NCBI GenBank assembly: GCA_965246885.1
Contig: OZ251992.1
Span: 1,376,001-1,440,000 of the forward strand
Direction: 5' to 3'
Origin: Abditibacterium sp.
GTDB taxonomy: Bacteria; Armatimonadota; Abditibacteriia; Abditibacteriales; Abditibacteriaceae
DNA length: 64,000 nucleotides
A program made the translations under genes and the position numbers. The notes beneath the pieces are model-generated. The model searched no databases. It was given only the letters and a program-made list of their open reading frames with translations, and was not told the DNA's origin. This document shows, in pieces, positions 29,084-37,617 of the stretch (its first letter is position 1; every line of letters begins with the position of its first letter).

Positions 29084-30178
29084 ATGACCTTGTTTTCGAT
29101 GATTAGCCTTCCCCTGTCGCTTCCGCGCACTGCCGCGCCGCGCGTCGAGGACGTCTCCTCCGCAAACGGCGCCGTCAAGGAAGGCGACCGCGCGCAAGTG
29201 CTCATCTTGGCCAACCCCACCGCCGGAGCGCGCGGTAAGGCGGCCTCGCGCAAGCGGCAATTAGAGCGCGTGCGCGTCGAATTGGAAAAGCGCGGTTTCG
29301 CCGTTCACTTGGGCTTTGAGAACGAGTCGCGCGGCATCCGCGAACGCGCCCACAACGCCGCGCTCGCTGGAACCGACATCATCGTTGCCGCCGGAGGCGA
29401 TGGCACGGTCAACGCCGTCGCCAACGGCATGCTCCGCGCCACAAATGGCGCCCGCCCGCTTTCCCGCTTGGGCATCCTCCCGATGGGCACGGGCAACGTC
29501 TTCGCGCTCAACATGGGCATCCCTTCCGACTTCGCGGGCGCTTGCCGCATCATCGCCGGAGGCCACACGCGCCGCATAGACGTCGGCCTCGCCACCCCCC
29601 TCGCTTCGGCGCGGCCCACCCAAAAGAAGCGCGCCGCCCTGCCGCCCGATTCCACCGCGCCCTCCCCGCGCTACTTCCTGCTCATGGCGGGCGTGGGCTT
29701 TGACGCCAAAGTCATCGAGGACACCAGCCTGCGTCTCAAGATGATGTTGCGCGACTTCGCTTACGCGTTCCGCTCGTTGCAAAACGCCGTCGTGCATCAA
29801 GGCACCGAAATGACGCTCACCTTCGCCGACGGCACGCGGCATTGCCTCAACTCGTGGCTCCTCATGGCGGGTAACGCCGCTTCCTACGCGTGGGCCATCA
29901 AGTTCACCGAGCACGCGCGCCTCGACGACGGCAAGTTAGACCTCTGTCTTTTCCCCTTCGAGAACAAGCTGACCAGCTTGCAGCAGGTCATGCAACTCCT
30001 CATCGGCCAGCACATCGAACGCGGTAGCGCTGGATACTTCCAAACGACCGGCGTGAAAATCGAAGCGACACCCCCCGTGCCCGTCCAACTCGACGGCGAC
30101 GAATGGGGCACCACGCCGCTCGAACTCAAAATGTTCTCCGCGTCCCTCGACGTGCTGGCGCCGCCCGAAAACGAGTGA
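29084..30178 (+). CDS. Diacylglycerol/lipid kinase family protein (YegS/DgkB-like); start approximate
   Basis: ANPTAG, AAGGDGTVN, LPMGTGNVFA, GVGFDA, LDDGKLD, QLDGD. Confidence 0.9.
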   Translation: MTLFSMISLPLSLPRTAAPRVEDVSSANGAVKEGDRAQVLILANPTAGARGKAASRKRQLERVRVELEKRGFAVHLGFENESRGIRERAHNAALAGTDIIVAAGGDGTVNAVANGMLRATNGARPLSRLGILPMGTGNVFALNMGIPSDFAGACRIIAGGHTRRIDVGLATPLASARPTQKKRAALPPDSTAPSPRYFLLMAGVGFDAKVIEDTSLRLKMMLRDFAYAFRSLQNAVVHQGTEMTLTFADGTRHCLNSWLLMAGNAASYAWAIKFTEHARLDDGKLDLCLFPFENKLTSLQQVMQLLIGQHIERGSAGYFQTTGVKIEATPPVPVQLDGDEWGTTPLELKMFSASLDVLAPPENE

Positions 30179-30225
30179 GCGACGGGGGGCGCCGCTTGGG
30201 TGGCTTCGCTGGCAAACTGAAGGGC

Positions 30226-31071
30226 ATGAATCCCAAGTTGGAAGAACTCCGTCGGCAACTGCGCGACATGGGCCGCGTGGTCGTCGCTTATTCGGGCGGC
30301 GTGGACTCGGCGTTTCTGCTCCGTGTCGCCCGTGACGAGTTGGGCGAGAACTGCACCGCGATGATCGGCGTTTCGCCCAGTTTGCTCCCCGAAGAACTAA
30401 GCGAAGCGCGCGAGTTGGCAGTCCGCATCGGCGCCCCCCTGCGCGAAGTGCAAACCCACGAACTGGACAACCCCGACTACGCCGCCAACCCCAACAATCG
30501 CTGCTACTTTTGCAAGTCCACGCTGTGGCAGACACTTGTCCCGCTTGTCGAGGCGCAAGAATTGGGCACGTTGTGCGACGGCACCAACACCGACGACGCC
30601 CGCGAGTGGCGTCCCGGCGCGCGCGCGGGGGAAGAAAACGCCGTCCGCTCGCCGCTCCGTGACGCCGCACTTTCCAAGAGCGACATCCGCCATCTGTCCC
30701 ACGAGTTGGGACTGCCAACGTGGGACAAACCCGCTATGCCGTGCCTGAGTTCGCGCATCCCCTACGGCCAAAGCGTGACGAGCGAAGCGCTCCACCGCAT
30801 CGGACGCGCCGAAGTGTGGCTGCGCGAGCGCGGCCTGCGCGAAGTGCGCGTGCGCCACTTCCTCGAAAACGACCTCCCCCAAGCCCGCCTCGAAATCGCG
30901 CCGGGGGAGTTGCCGCACATCTTCCCCTTCTACGAGGAAGCCGCCGCGCATCTGCGCGGCTTGGGCTTCGCGTCCGTTCTGCTCGACTTGGAAGGCTACC
31001 GGCGCGGACGCCTCAACGAAAACACCACGCCCCCCGCTTCCAATTGGGCACCCATCACCCTGTCGCTGTAA
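30226..31071 (+). CDS. larE: ATP-dependent sacrificial sulfur transferase LarE family
   Basis: PP-loop AYSGGVDS, RCYFCK, DGTN-DD..RPG, WDKPAMPCLSSRIPYG. Confidence 0.9.
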   Translation: MNPKLEELRRQLRDMGRVVVAYSGGVDSAFLLRVARDELGENCTAMIGVSPSLLPEELSEARELAVRIGAPLREVQTHELDNPDYAANPNNRCYFCKSTLWQTLVPLVEAQELGTLCDGTNTDDAREWRPGARAGEENAVRSPLRDAALSKSDIRHLSHELGLPTWDKPAMPCLSSRIPYGQSVTSEALHRIGRAEVWLRERGLREVRVRHFLENDLPQARLEIAPGELPHIFPFYEEAAAHLRGLGFASVLLDLEGYRRGRLNENTTPPASNWAPITLSL

Positions 31072-31085
31072 ACTCACTCGTGAGT

Positions 31086-31343
31086 TTAGAAGTGCCAGTT
31101 CTTCCATAGCCACACTCCCGCCACCAGCAACCAAAACGCCGCGATGCCAAGGGGCTGCTTCGCCCAACATTTCGTGTCGCGCTTGCCGTTCCATACCGCC
31201 ATGCCAAAGAACAGGGCCGCCCCCGTCGCCGCCAAGGGCAGCGCGAAGCGGCCCGTCAAGAGGCAAAAGAGCGCGATCTTGCACAAGCTGAACGCCACTT
31301 TTTCAAAGGCTTCGCCGCGCGCGGGTCGGGGGTCGGGGTGCAT
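31086..31343 (-). CDS. Small hydrophobic membrane protein (~85 aa) with several Cys
   Basis: MHPDPRPARGEAFEKVAFSLCKIALFCLL...KRDTKCWAKQPLG...; co-oriented downstream of rSAM-lgt; start 31343 or 31361. Confidence 0.7.
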   Translation of the reverse strand: MHPDPRPARGEAFEKVAFSLCKIALFCLLTGRFALPLAATGAALFFGMAVWNGKRDTKCWAKQPLGIAAFWLLVAGVWLWKNWHF

Positions 31344-31368
31344 AGGGTAAACGTTTATCATCTCGAAA

Positions 31369-31497
31369 TCCCGGCGCTAAAGCACCGGGCTACACGTTGG
31401 CTACGCCAACCACTGCCCGCCCTCACGGGCACTTTGGACACGAAGGTGGCCTGTTGAACGCGCAGCGTTCGTGTAGCCCGGTGCTTTAGCGCCGGGA
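31369..31497. repeat. REPIN-like element (GTAG-CCCGGTGC-TTTA-GCGCCGGG), 28-bp perfect arms
   Basis: tcccggcgctaaagcaccgggctacacg / cgtgtagcccggtgctttagcgccggga; contains the stop codon of the lgt-like gene. Confidence 0.92.
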
Positions 31498-32199
31498 AAC
31501 CAAGGAGATGTGCGTCAAATCAGGGGGTTTTTGGCGAGACCATCTCCACGCCCACACCATCCCCATCGAAAGGGCCGCTTCCAAACACACGAGTTGCACC
31601 CCCGACAAGCCGTGCCACACGACGGCGCGCTCGCGGAAGAACTCGACGAGGAAGCGGCTCAGGCTATACAGCACGACGAAAACGCGGAACAAATCGCCCT
31701 CGCGCGGCAGTTTGGGACGCAGCCACAACAGGAAGCCAAGCAACAGCAGCGCGCTCGCGCAGGAATACAACTGCGCCGGATGCCGCGGCGCGCCCTCTTG
31801 GAAGACGGCCCACGCGCCATTCCATTTGGTGCCAACGCAGCAGGGGTTCAGGAAGCATCCGATGCGTCCGACCGCTTCGCCCGCGAGGATGGCCAGCGCC
31901 CATCCGTCACCCGTCGAGCGACCGATGCCCAACCTCCGCTTGGCCCACCACACGGCCACAAAACCGCACGCCAACGCGCCGATGATGGACTTGCCGCCAC
32001 TGCGCGGATCAAACATTTCCGCCCGGAATCCGATGCTCGCCCACTGCGTTAGACGCGCGCCGACGACACCCGCGAGCAAACCCGCGAGGGCGACCATGCG
32101 CATCCCTTCGGTATCGAGGCCGCGACTGCGCGCCCACAGCCAAAGCGTCGCGGCGCCGACCCCGTAACCCGCCACAGTCCACGCGGTGCCCGCCGTCAC
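31486..32199 (-). CDS. Prolipoprotein diacylglyceryl transferase (Lgt)-family protein, atypical Cys-rich subtype
   Basis: GARL, GGKSIIGAL, GRIGCFLNPCCVG, RHPAQLY, RFLVEFFR; GTGA overlap with the radical SAM gene. Confidence 0.85.
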   Translation of the reverse strand: MTAGTAWTVAGYGVGAATLWLWARSRGLDTEGMRMVALAGLLAGVVGARLTQWASIGFRAEMFDPRSGGKSIIGALACGFVAVWWAKRRLGIGRSTGDGWALAILAGEAVGRIGCFLNPCCVGTKWNGAWAVFQEGAPRHPAQLYSCASALLLLGFLLWLRPKLPREGDLFRVFVVLYSLSRFLVEFFRERAVVWHGLSGVQLVCLEAALSMGMVWAWRWSRQKPPDLTHISLVSRR

Positions 32200-34046
32200 G
32201 AGTCCCCTCCTTCATCCGCCCCTGCGGGTGAGCCATCCACCAGTACCGGTGACTCGCTGGCGCGCCCCGGTGACTCGCTGGCGCGCCCCGGTGACTCGCT
32301 GGCGCGCCCCAGTGACTCGCTGGCGCGCCCCGGTGACTCGCTGGCGCGCCCCGGTGACTCGCTGGCGCGCCCCGGTGACTCGCTGGCGCGCCCCGGTGAC
32401 TCGCTGGCGCGCCCCGGTGACTCGCTGGCGCGCCCCGGTGACTCGCTGGCGCGCCCCAGTGACTCGCTGGCGCGCCCCGGTGACTCGCTGGCGCGCCCCG
32501 GTGACTCGCTGGCAGGCAAGGGCGGACGGGGGCCGGAGTCCGTTGCGTCGTCGAACAAGAAGCGCCAGCAGAAGGAATACCGGCGCGGGTCGTCCTCGAA
32601 GGTGCCTGTATGCACGCAGCATTGCTTTAAGCGCGGCGCATGCAGCGTGTGGGCGTCCATGAACTGCTTCACCGTGACGCGAAAGGTGCGCTGCGCCAGC
32701 CGCTCCAGCGAGCGCTCCTCATCCCACAGCAGGCCCAGCAACTCCGGCAAACCCGCGACGCAGCCGCACATCTGCGAGATGTCGCGCGCCAGCTTGAAAG
32801 CCGGGACGCGGCCCGAATCCGACCAGATGCGCCCCAGCGCCCCGCTTTGGAGCAGCGATGCGACCGACTGCGACACATCTTCAAAGGAGATGGTGTTCGC
32901 TACCAAGTGGAGCCACCCCTTCAAGGTGTCCGGCCCAATGAGTCGCGGGAGCGGCTGCCACGCTTCTTTGGCGCCCTTGCCGGTGCGGAGCAGGTAGGAG
33001 ATGTCGCAGCAATCGCGGTGCGAGCAGGGCAGGGGCAGGAAGTCGCTCGCCGTGAGCAAGCCGCCGGTTTGCCCTCTCAAGCGGCGCAAGACGCCGGTTG
33101 GGGTGACGCGGTCTTGCGGGTCGAAGCCGGGGTTGCGACCCGATCCGAACATCGGCTGAATGGCCAAGCCCGATACGAGCGGCCTGTCCAAGCCGAAGCG
33201 CAAGACGTCGCCGACTTCGTCCTCGTTGACGCCGCGCGCGACGGTCATCACAAGCGTTGACCACACGCCCGCCGCTTCGAGCCGGTCAAGGGCGCGCACT
33301 TTTTCGGCTCGCAAGTCTTCGCCGCGATGCCGGAGGTTGGAGCGCTCGCTGAGTCCATCGAACTGCAAATAGATTTCGATGCGGTCTCGGTGCGCGTGCA
33401 AAAATTCGAGGAAGCGGTCGTCGCGCGCGATGCGGCGCCCGTTGGTGTTAATGAGCACGCGCGTGACTGGGTGCCGTAGGGCGCGCTCCACGAGGGTTTG
33501 GAGGTCGTCGCGGATGGTCGGTTCGCCGCCGCTTAGCATCAAGACGCCCAGTTCGCCGCCTTCGCGCTCGATGATGGTTTCAACCGTCGCTTCCAATTGG
33601 TCGGGAGTGGGATGCTCCTGCGTGGGGCGCGGCGTTCCGGGCGGGGCGGCTCCGGCGTAGCAGGTGGGGCAAGAGAGGTTGCAACGCGGGGTGACGTTGA
33701 GGACGAGGATGCAGGAGTGTTGCCCATGCGCGGCGGGAAGTCCGTGCTGATAGCTAAGCGGGAAGGAGCCGTAGTTGTCGGGGCGGTCGGGGGTGATGGG
33801 AGATGTGGGCGTAGACCACCCGGCGCGGACACGCCAGAGGGCGAGGTCTTCCTCGTAGAGGGACTCCGTTTCGCCGTGCTGGGCGCAGAAGCGGCGCATC
33901 CACACCTTTCCGTCGTGCGAGACGAGCATGCCGTCGCACCACACGCCGGGGTCGTCGGCGCGTCGCGGCGCGTCCGCAAAGCAGAGCGGGCACACGGTCT
34001 GGGTGTACTCTTCGATGAGGTACGGGCGGGGCGCGGGAGCGGGCAC
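32196..34046 (-). CDS. Radical SAM protein, Tes/GDGT-MAS (MJ0619)-like family, with a C-terminal ASESPGR repeat tail
   Basis: N-terminal CPLC...CAQHG, CNLSCPTC, SGGEPT, YLQFDG, LPCSHRDCC, FMD...CCVH...FC; GTG 34046 with CAAACT 6 nt upstream. Confidence 0.85.
   Translation of the reverse strand: MPAPAPRPYLIEEYTQTVCPLCFADAPRRADDPGVWCDGMLVSHDGKVWMRRFCAQHGETESLYEEDLALWRVRAGWSTPTSPITPDRPDNYGSFPLSYQHGLPAAHGQHSCILVLNVTPRCNLSCPTCYAGAAPPGTPRPTQEHPTPDQLEATVETIIEREGGELGVLMLSGGEPTIRDDLQTLVERALRHPVTRVLINTNGRRIARDDRFLEFLHAHRDRIEIYLQFDGLSERSNLRHRGEDLRAEKVRALDRLEAAGVWSTLVMTVARGVNEDEVGDVLRFGLDRPLVSGLAIQPMFGSGRNPGFDPQDRVTPTGVLRRLRGQTGGLLTASDFLPLPCSHRDCCDISYLLRTGKGAKEAWQPLPRLIGPDTLKGWLHLVANTISFEDVSQSVASLLQSGALGRIWSDSGRVPAFKLARDISQMCGCVAGLPELLGLLWDEERSLERLAQRTFRVTVKQFMDAHTLHAPRLKQCCVHTGTFEDDPRRYSFCWRFLFDDATDSGPRPPLPASESPGRASESPGRASESLGRASESPGRASESPGRASESPGRASESPGRASESPGRASESPGRASESLGRASESPGRASESPGRASESPVLVDGSPAGADEGGDS
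32246..32513. repeat. Tandem array of ~13 x 21 nt (ccggtgactcgctggcgcgcc), in frame within the radical SAM 3' end
   Basis: Near-perfect units; the same G>A variant occurs in units 4 and 11. Confidence 0.97.
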
Positions 34047-34115
34047 TTCCTCAGTTTGGCGCTTTTGCAGGAAACTCCCAAGGACAACTCCAAAGATTTG
34101 CCGTCTCTTTTTGCA

Positions 34116-34667
34116 ATGCCCATATCCACCGTCCCGAACGTCCCGGCGCACGAACATCAAACCGTCGAGGAACTAACGCGCGGCAACGTCGAAACCATCG
34201 CCCGCATGGAAGCCGCCGCCCAAAAGCAGCGCTCGCGCACCGACTGCATCGTGGACTCCATCACCAAGTTCTGCGGGCGCATCGCCTTCGTGTATTGGCA
34301 CATCGCGCTGTTCACCTTTTGGATCGCTGTCAACACCCTCGCCCCCAAGCCTCTGCACTTCGACCCCTATCCCTTTAATTTCCTCACCCTGTCGGTGTCG
34401 CTGGAAGCCATCTTCCTGTCGGCGTTCATCCTCATCTCCCAAAACCGCGCCGCTCAACTCGACCAACGCCGCAACGAGTTGGAGTTGCAAATCTCCCTCT
34501 TGTCCGAGCAGGAAAACACCAAGATTCTCCAAATGCTCGACGCCATCGCCCGCAAAGTGGGGGCGAACGTCGAAGGCGACCCCGACATCTCCGTCCTCGA
34601 AGCCGCCACCAACCCCGAAGTCCTCATCGCGCAAATCGAGGCCGCCCACGCGCGGGACGGCAAATAA
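34116..34667 (+). CDS. DUF1003 family membrane protein
   Basis: FDPYPFNFLTLSVSLEAIFLSAFILISQNR, LQISLLSEQENTK. Confidence 0.9.
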   Translation: MPISTVPNVPAHEHQTVEELTRGNVETIARMEAAAQKQRSRTDCIVDSITKFCGRIAFVYWHIALFTFWIAVNTLAPKPLHFDPYPFNFLTLSVSLEAIFLSAFILISQNRAAQLDQRRNELELQISLLSEQENTKILQMLDAIARKVGANVEGDPDISVLEAATNPEVLIAQIEAAHARDGK

Positions 34668-34712
34668 GGGGACGTTTGCGCCGCCCACGCGGGCCGCGTT
34701 TTAAAATATAAA

Positions 34713-36161
34713 GTGCGCGCTTCCATTATGCTGGCTTCCACCGACGATTTATTCGCTTCCGAATTAGAAATGGCCACGCTCGCGGCGCGCGGCGGGCACG
34801 ACGAAGAAACCGTTCTCAAGCTGTTCCGCCGCTTGCGCGGCGCCAAAGACGGGATACGCGGTGGCGACCCCGCTTCCTTGCGCGACCACCTCGTCATGGT
34901 GCACGCGCCCCTCGTTGAACACTGCGCCCGCGCGTTTTTGGCGTCGGGCGAACCGCTCGAAGACTTGGTGCAAGAAGGTTACGTCGGCCTTATCAAAGCC
35001 GTTGACCGCTTCGACCCCGACAAGGGCATCAAGTTCTCCACTTATTCCTGCCACCTCATCGCGGGCGAGATCAGGCACTACCTGCGCGACTTGGGACGCC
35101 TCATCCACGAACCGGGCTGGCACTTTGAACTGCGCGGGCGCATCAACCGCGCGACCGACAGCCTCATGCAGTCGAACGGACGCCCGCCCAGTGTCGAGGA
35201 AATCGCGGGCCACCTGAGCGTCAAACCCGAAACCGTGCGCGAAGTGCAAGAGCGCAGCGCCACATTATACGTTGACTCGCTCGAAGCCAAAACCGAGGAG
35301 TCGGCGGGCGAGGGGCGGGTGGACTTTTTGGAACGCTTCGAGGCCGAGCCGTCCGGCGCCAGCGATGAGGGGCGCATCGAAGACCAGATGTTCCTCGAAA
35401 TGGCGCTTCCGCAACTGCGCGACTTGGAGCAAAGCGCGCTCACGCTGTTCTTTTTCGACGAACTGTCCAAGTCGGACATCGCCCGCAAGCTGGGCATCTC
35501 GGTCAACTACGTGTCCTACCTCGTCAAGCGCGGGACGGAATCGCTCAAGCGCATCTTGGAAGCGGGCGATCCGATTCCGGGCGCGCTCGCGGCGCAAACT
35601 GGGGGCGCTCAACAAGCGGCGCGTGCGGCGTATCTGCTGGGGCTGACGCGCGCGGCGGCCAATACGGATGAGCGCCGCAACTTTACGCCGGGCGCGCGCG
35701 TGCCGACGCTTTCCAAGCCCGGCATTGCCAGTTTGTCGCAGTTTTCGAGTTGGCTGGACGACGAAGTGACGCGGGTCGGGCGCTATGGCGGCGAGTTCTC
35801 CGTCTGCTGGCTGGCGCTGCAGAACTGGGTGGGGGTCACGAAGGAGTTAACTGCCGCCGAAAAGCGCGCCGCCGCCGGAGCCGCCGCCACGCTCGCGCGC
35901 CGCTTGGTGCGCGACGTGGACAAAGTCGCTGCGCTCCAATCGAGCGACCCGGCAGGCTTCCACCTCCTCGCACTCCTGCCCGCAACCGGCGACGTAGGCC
36001 GCGCCTTGGAGCGGCGCTGGCTGGCGGCTTTTGGCGCCCCTGAATTACCCGGCGTGGTCGCGCCCTTGCACCTGCGGAGCGCGTATGCCACCTGCCCCAT
36101 CAATGGGCGCACCGGCGAGGAGATCTTCGCCTTTCTGGGCGGGCAGTTGGTGGAGCGATGA
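34713..36161 (+). CDS. Sigma-70 family group-3 (SigB/F/G-like) sigma factor fused to a degenerate GGDEF-like domain
   Basis: DLVQEGYVGLIKAVDRFDP..FSTY..GEIRHYLRD (r2), GRPPSVEEIA (r3), SKSDIARKLGISVNYVSYL (r4); C-terminal WLDDEVTRVGRYGGEFSV...VRDVDKVA...LLALLPAT. Confidence 0.85.
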   Translation: MRASIMLASTDDLFASELEMATLAARGGHDEETVLKLFRRLRGAKDGIRGGDPASLRDHLVMVHAPLVEHCARAFLASGEPLEDLVQEGYVGLIKAVDRFDPDKGIKFSTYSCHLIAGEIRHYLRDLGRLIHEPGWHFELRGRINRATDSLMQSNGRPPSVEEIAGHLSVKPETVREVQERSATLYVDSLEAKTEESAGEGRVDFLERFEAEPSGASDEGRIEDQMFLEMALPQLRDLEQSALTLFFFDELSKSDIARKLGISVNYVSYLVKRGTESLKRILEAGDPIPGALAAQTGGAQQAARAAYLLGLTRAAANTDERRNFTPGARVPTLSKPGIASLSQFSSWLDDEVTRVGRYGGEFSVCWLALQNWVGVTKELTAAEKRAAAGAAATLARRLVRDVDKVAALQSSDPAGFHLLALLPATGDVGRALERRWLAAFGAPELPGVVAPLHLRSAYATCPINGRTGEEIFAFLGGQLVER

Positions 36162-36595
36162 AAGCCGTATTGCAGCGCGTGACGCGCGCTTTGGTTCGGG
36201 TCGAGAACCGCGTGATCGGCGAAATTGCGGGCGGGTTCTGCGTCTTTGTGGGTGTGGCGGGCGACGATACGGCGAGCAACGCCGAAAAGATGGCGGCGAA
36301 GATTGCGGGGATGCGCGTCTTTGCCGACGAGGAAGGGCGCTTCAACCTGTGCTTGAAAGACGTGGGCGGGCAGGTGTTGCTCGTGTCGAACTTCACCCTG
36401 CTCGGCGATGCGCGCAAGGGGAACCGGCCTTACTTTGGCGCCGCCGCGCAGCCCGAACTGGCGCGGGAACTGTATGAGCTTCTCGCTACACTTTTGCGCG
36501 CGGCGGGCATCGAGACGCACACGGGCGTCTTTGGCGCCGACATGAAAGTCGAACTGGAAAACGATGGGCCGGTCACGATCCTGCTGGAATTCTAA
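36158..36595 (+). CDS. dtd: D-aminoacyl-tRNA deacylase
   Basis: MKAVLQRV, VSNFTL, KGNRP, GVFGADMKVELENDGPVT. Confidence 0.95.
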   Translation: MKAVLQRVTRALVRVENRVIGEIAGGFCVFVGVAGDDTASNAEKMAAKIAGMRVFADEEGRFNLCLKDVGGQVLLVSNFTLLGDARKGNRPYFGAAAQPELARELYELLATLLRAAGIETHTGVFGADMKVELENDGPVTILLEF

Positions 36596-36651
36596 GCGCC
36601 TGTCCCGACACCCGAAGGCACGAAACCCGTTTTGGAGCGTCTATTGCCCCA

Positions 36652-37503
36652 ATGATCTTTGACGCCGTTACTATGCAATCCCAACCGTCACACTTCCCCG
36701 AAGACGCCCCCTCGCGCACCGAGCAGTCCGAGCAACACATCCTCCAAGGCAACCAGCGCGGCGACGACGGCGACTTTTCCGGCGCCCTCCAAGACTATAA
36801 ACGCGCCGCGCAACTCGAACCGACCTCGCCCGCGCGCCTGCTCAAGCTCGCCGAAGGCTACGCCGCCAACGATCTTCACCACAAGGCTTTCCAACTCTAT
36901 CAGCGCGCCCTCGAAACCAACATCGAAGAAGACGCGGGCGAGGACATGACCGACGCCTACGTCGGCATGGGCGACTTGTGCCGCACCTTCGCCCGCTCCG
37001 CCGCCGCCGTCCGTTCCTACGAGCGCGCCGTTCGCTCCCGCCCCAAACAGCCGTTCTTGCGGTGGAAGTTGGCCGTCTCGCTTGCTACGATGGGCCTGTA
37101 TGAGCGCGCCGAAGCGCAACTGCAAATCATCCTCGAACAAGCGCCGGGCGATTCGTTCTATCACTTCCAACTCGCCGACCTTTACCGCGTCATGAACCGC
37201 GAGTTGGACAGCGTCGCGCATATGGCGCAGGCCGTCGAGTTCGCGCCGCGCGACGATTACTACCGCCTGCGCTTGGGCGCCGCCCTGCTCCGCGCGGGCC
37301 TCACCGAAGAAGCCGTCGAGCAGTTCGAGAGCGCCGCGCGCATGAAGCCCACCAACGCCAGCTACCAAACCCTGCTCCTCTTCGCGCACCTCAAAAACAA
37401 CCAGCAACCGGAGATTGCGGTGGACGTGGACAAGATTGAACTGGGCGCCTACGACGAAGACTTCGTCAACCGGATACAGAGACTGGCGTTGCCGGGGGCG
37501 TGA
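36652..37503 (+). CDS. Tetratricopeptide repeat protein
   Basis: Multiple TPR-like helical repeats (GDFSGALQDYKRAAQLEP, GLYERAEAQLQIILEQAP, GLTEEAVEQFESAARMKP). Confidence 0.85.
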   Translation: MIFDAVTMQSQPSHFPEDAPSRTEQSEQHILQGNQRGDDGDFSGALQDYKRAAQLEPTSPARLLKLAEGYAANDLHHKAFQLYQRALETNIEEDAGEDMTDAYVGMGDLCRTFARSAAAVRSYERAVRSRPKQPFLRWKLAVSLATMGLYERAEAQLQIILEQAPGDSFYHFQLADLYRVMNRELDSVAHMAQAVEFAPRDDYYRLRLGAALLRAGLTEEAVEQFESAARMKPTNASYQTLLLFAHLKNNQQPEIAVDVDKIELGAYDEDFVNRIQRLALPGA

Positions 37504-37511
37504 GGTAGCAA

Positions 37512-37609
37512 AGCGACTGAAGTCGCAGCCAGCGGAGTCGTCGGCCTTCGTTGACGTGCCATCCCGTCGGCGAAGGCCGACGACTCCGCTGGCTGCGACT
37601 TCAGTCGCT
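37512..37609. repeat. REPIN-like palindromic element (GCGACTTCAGTCGC family), 39-bp perfect arms
   Basis: agcgactgaagtcgcagccagcggagtcgtcggccttcg and its reverse complement at 37571-37609; between convergent genes. Confidence 0.95.
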
Positions 37610-37617
37610 CGCCCTGC

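Noticed and set aside
30226..31071. larE as part of a lactate racemase cluster or of the rSAM system
   Set aside because: No larA/B/C in the window, it converges on the rSAM cluster, and stand-alone larE is common
32186..32662. VTRWRAP and RVTGARQ repeat ORFs
   Set aside because: Alternative readings of the 21-nt VNTR inside the radical SAM gene
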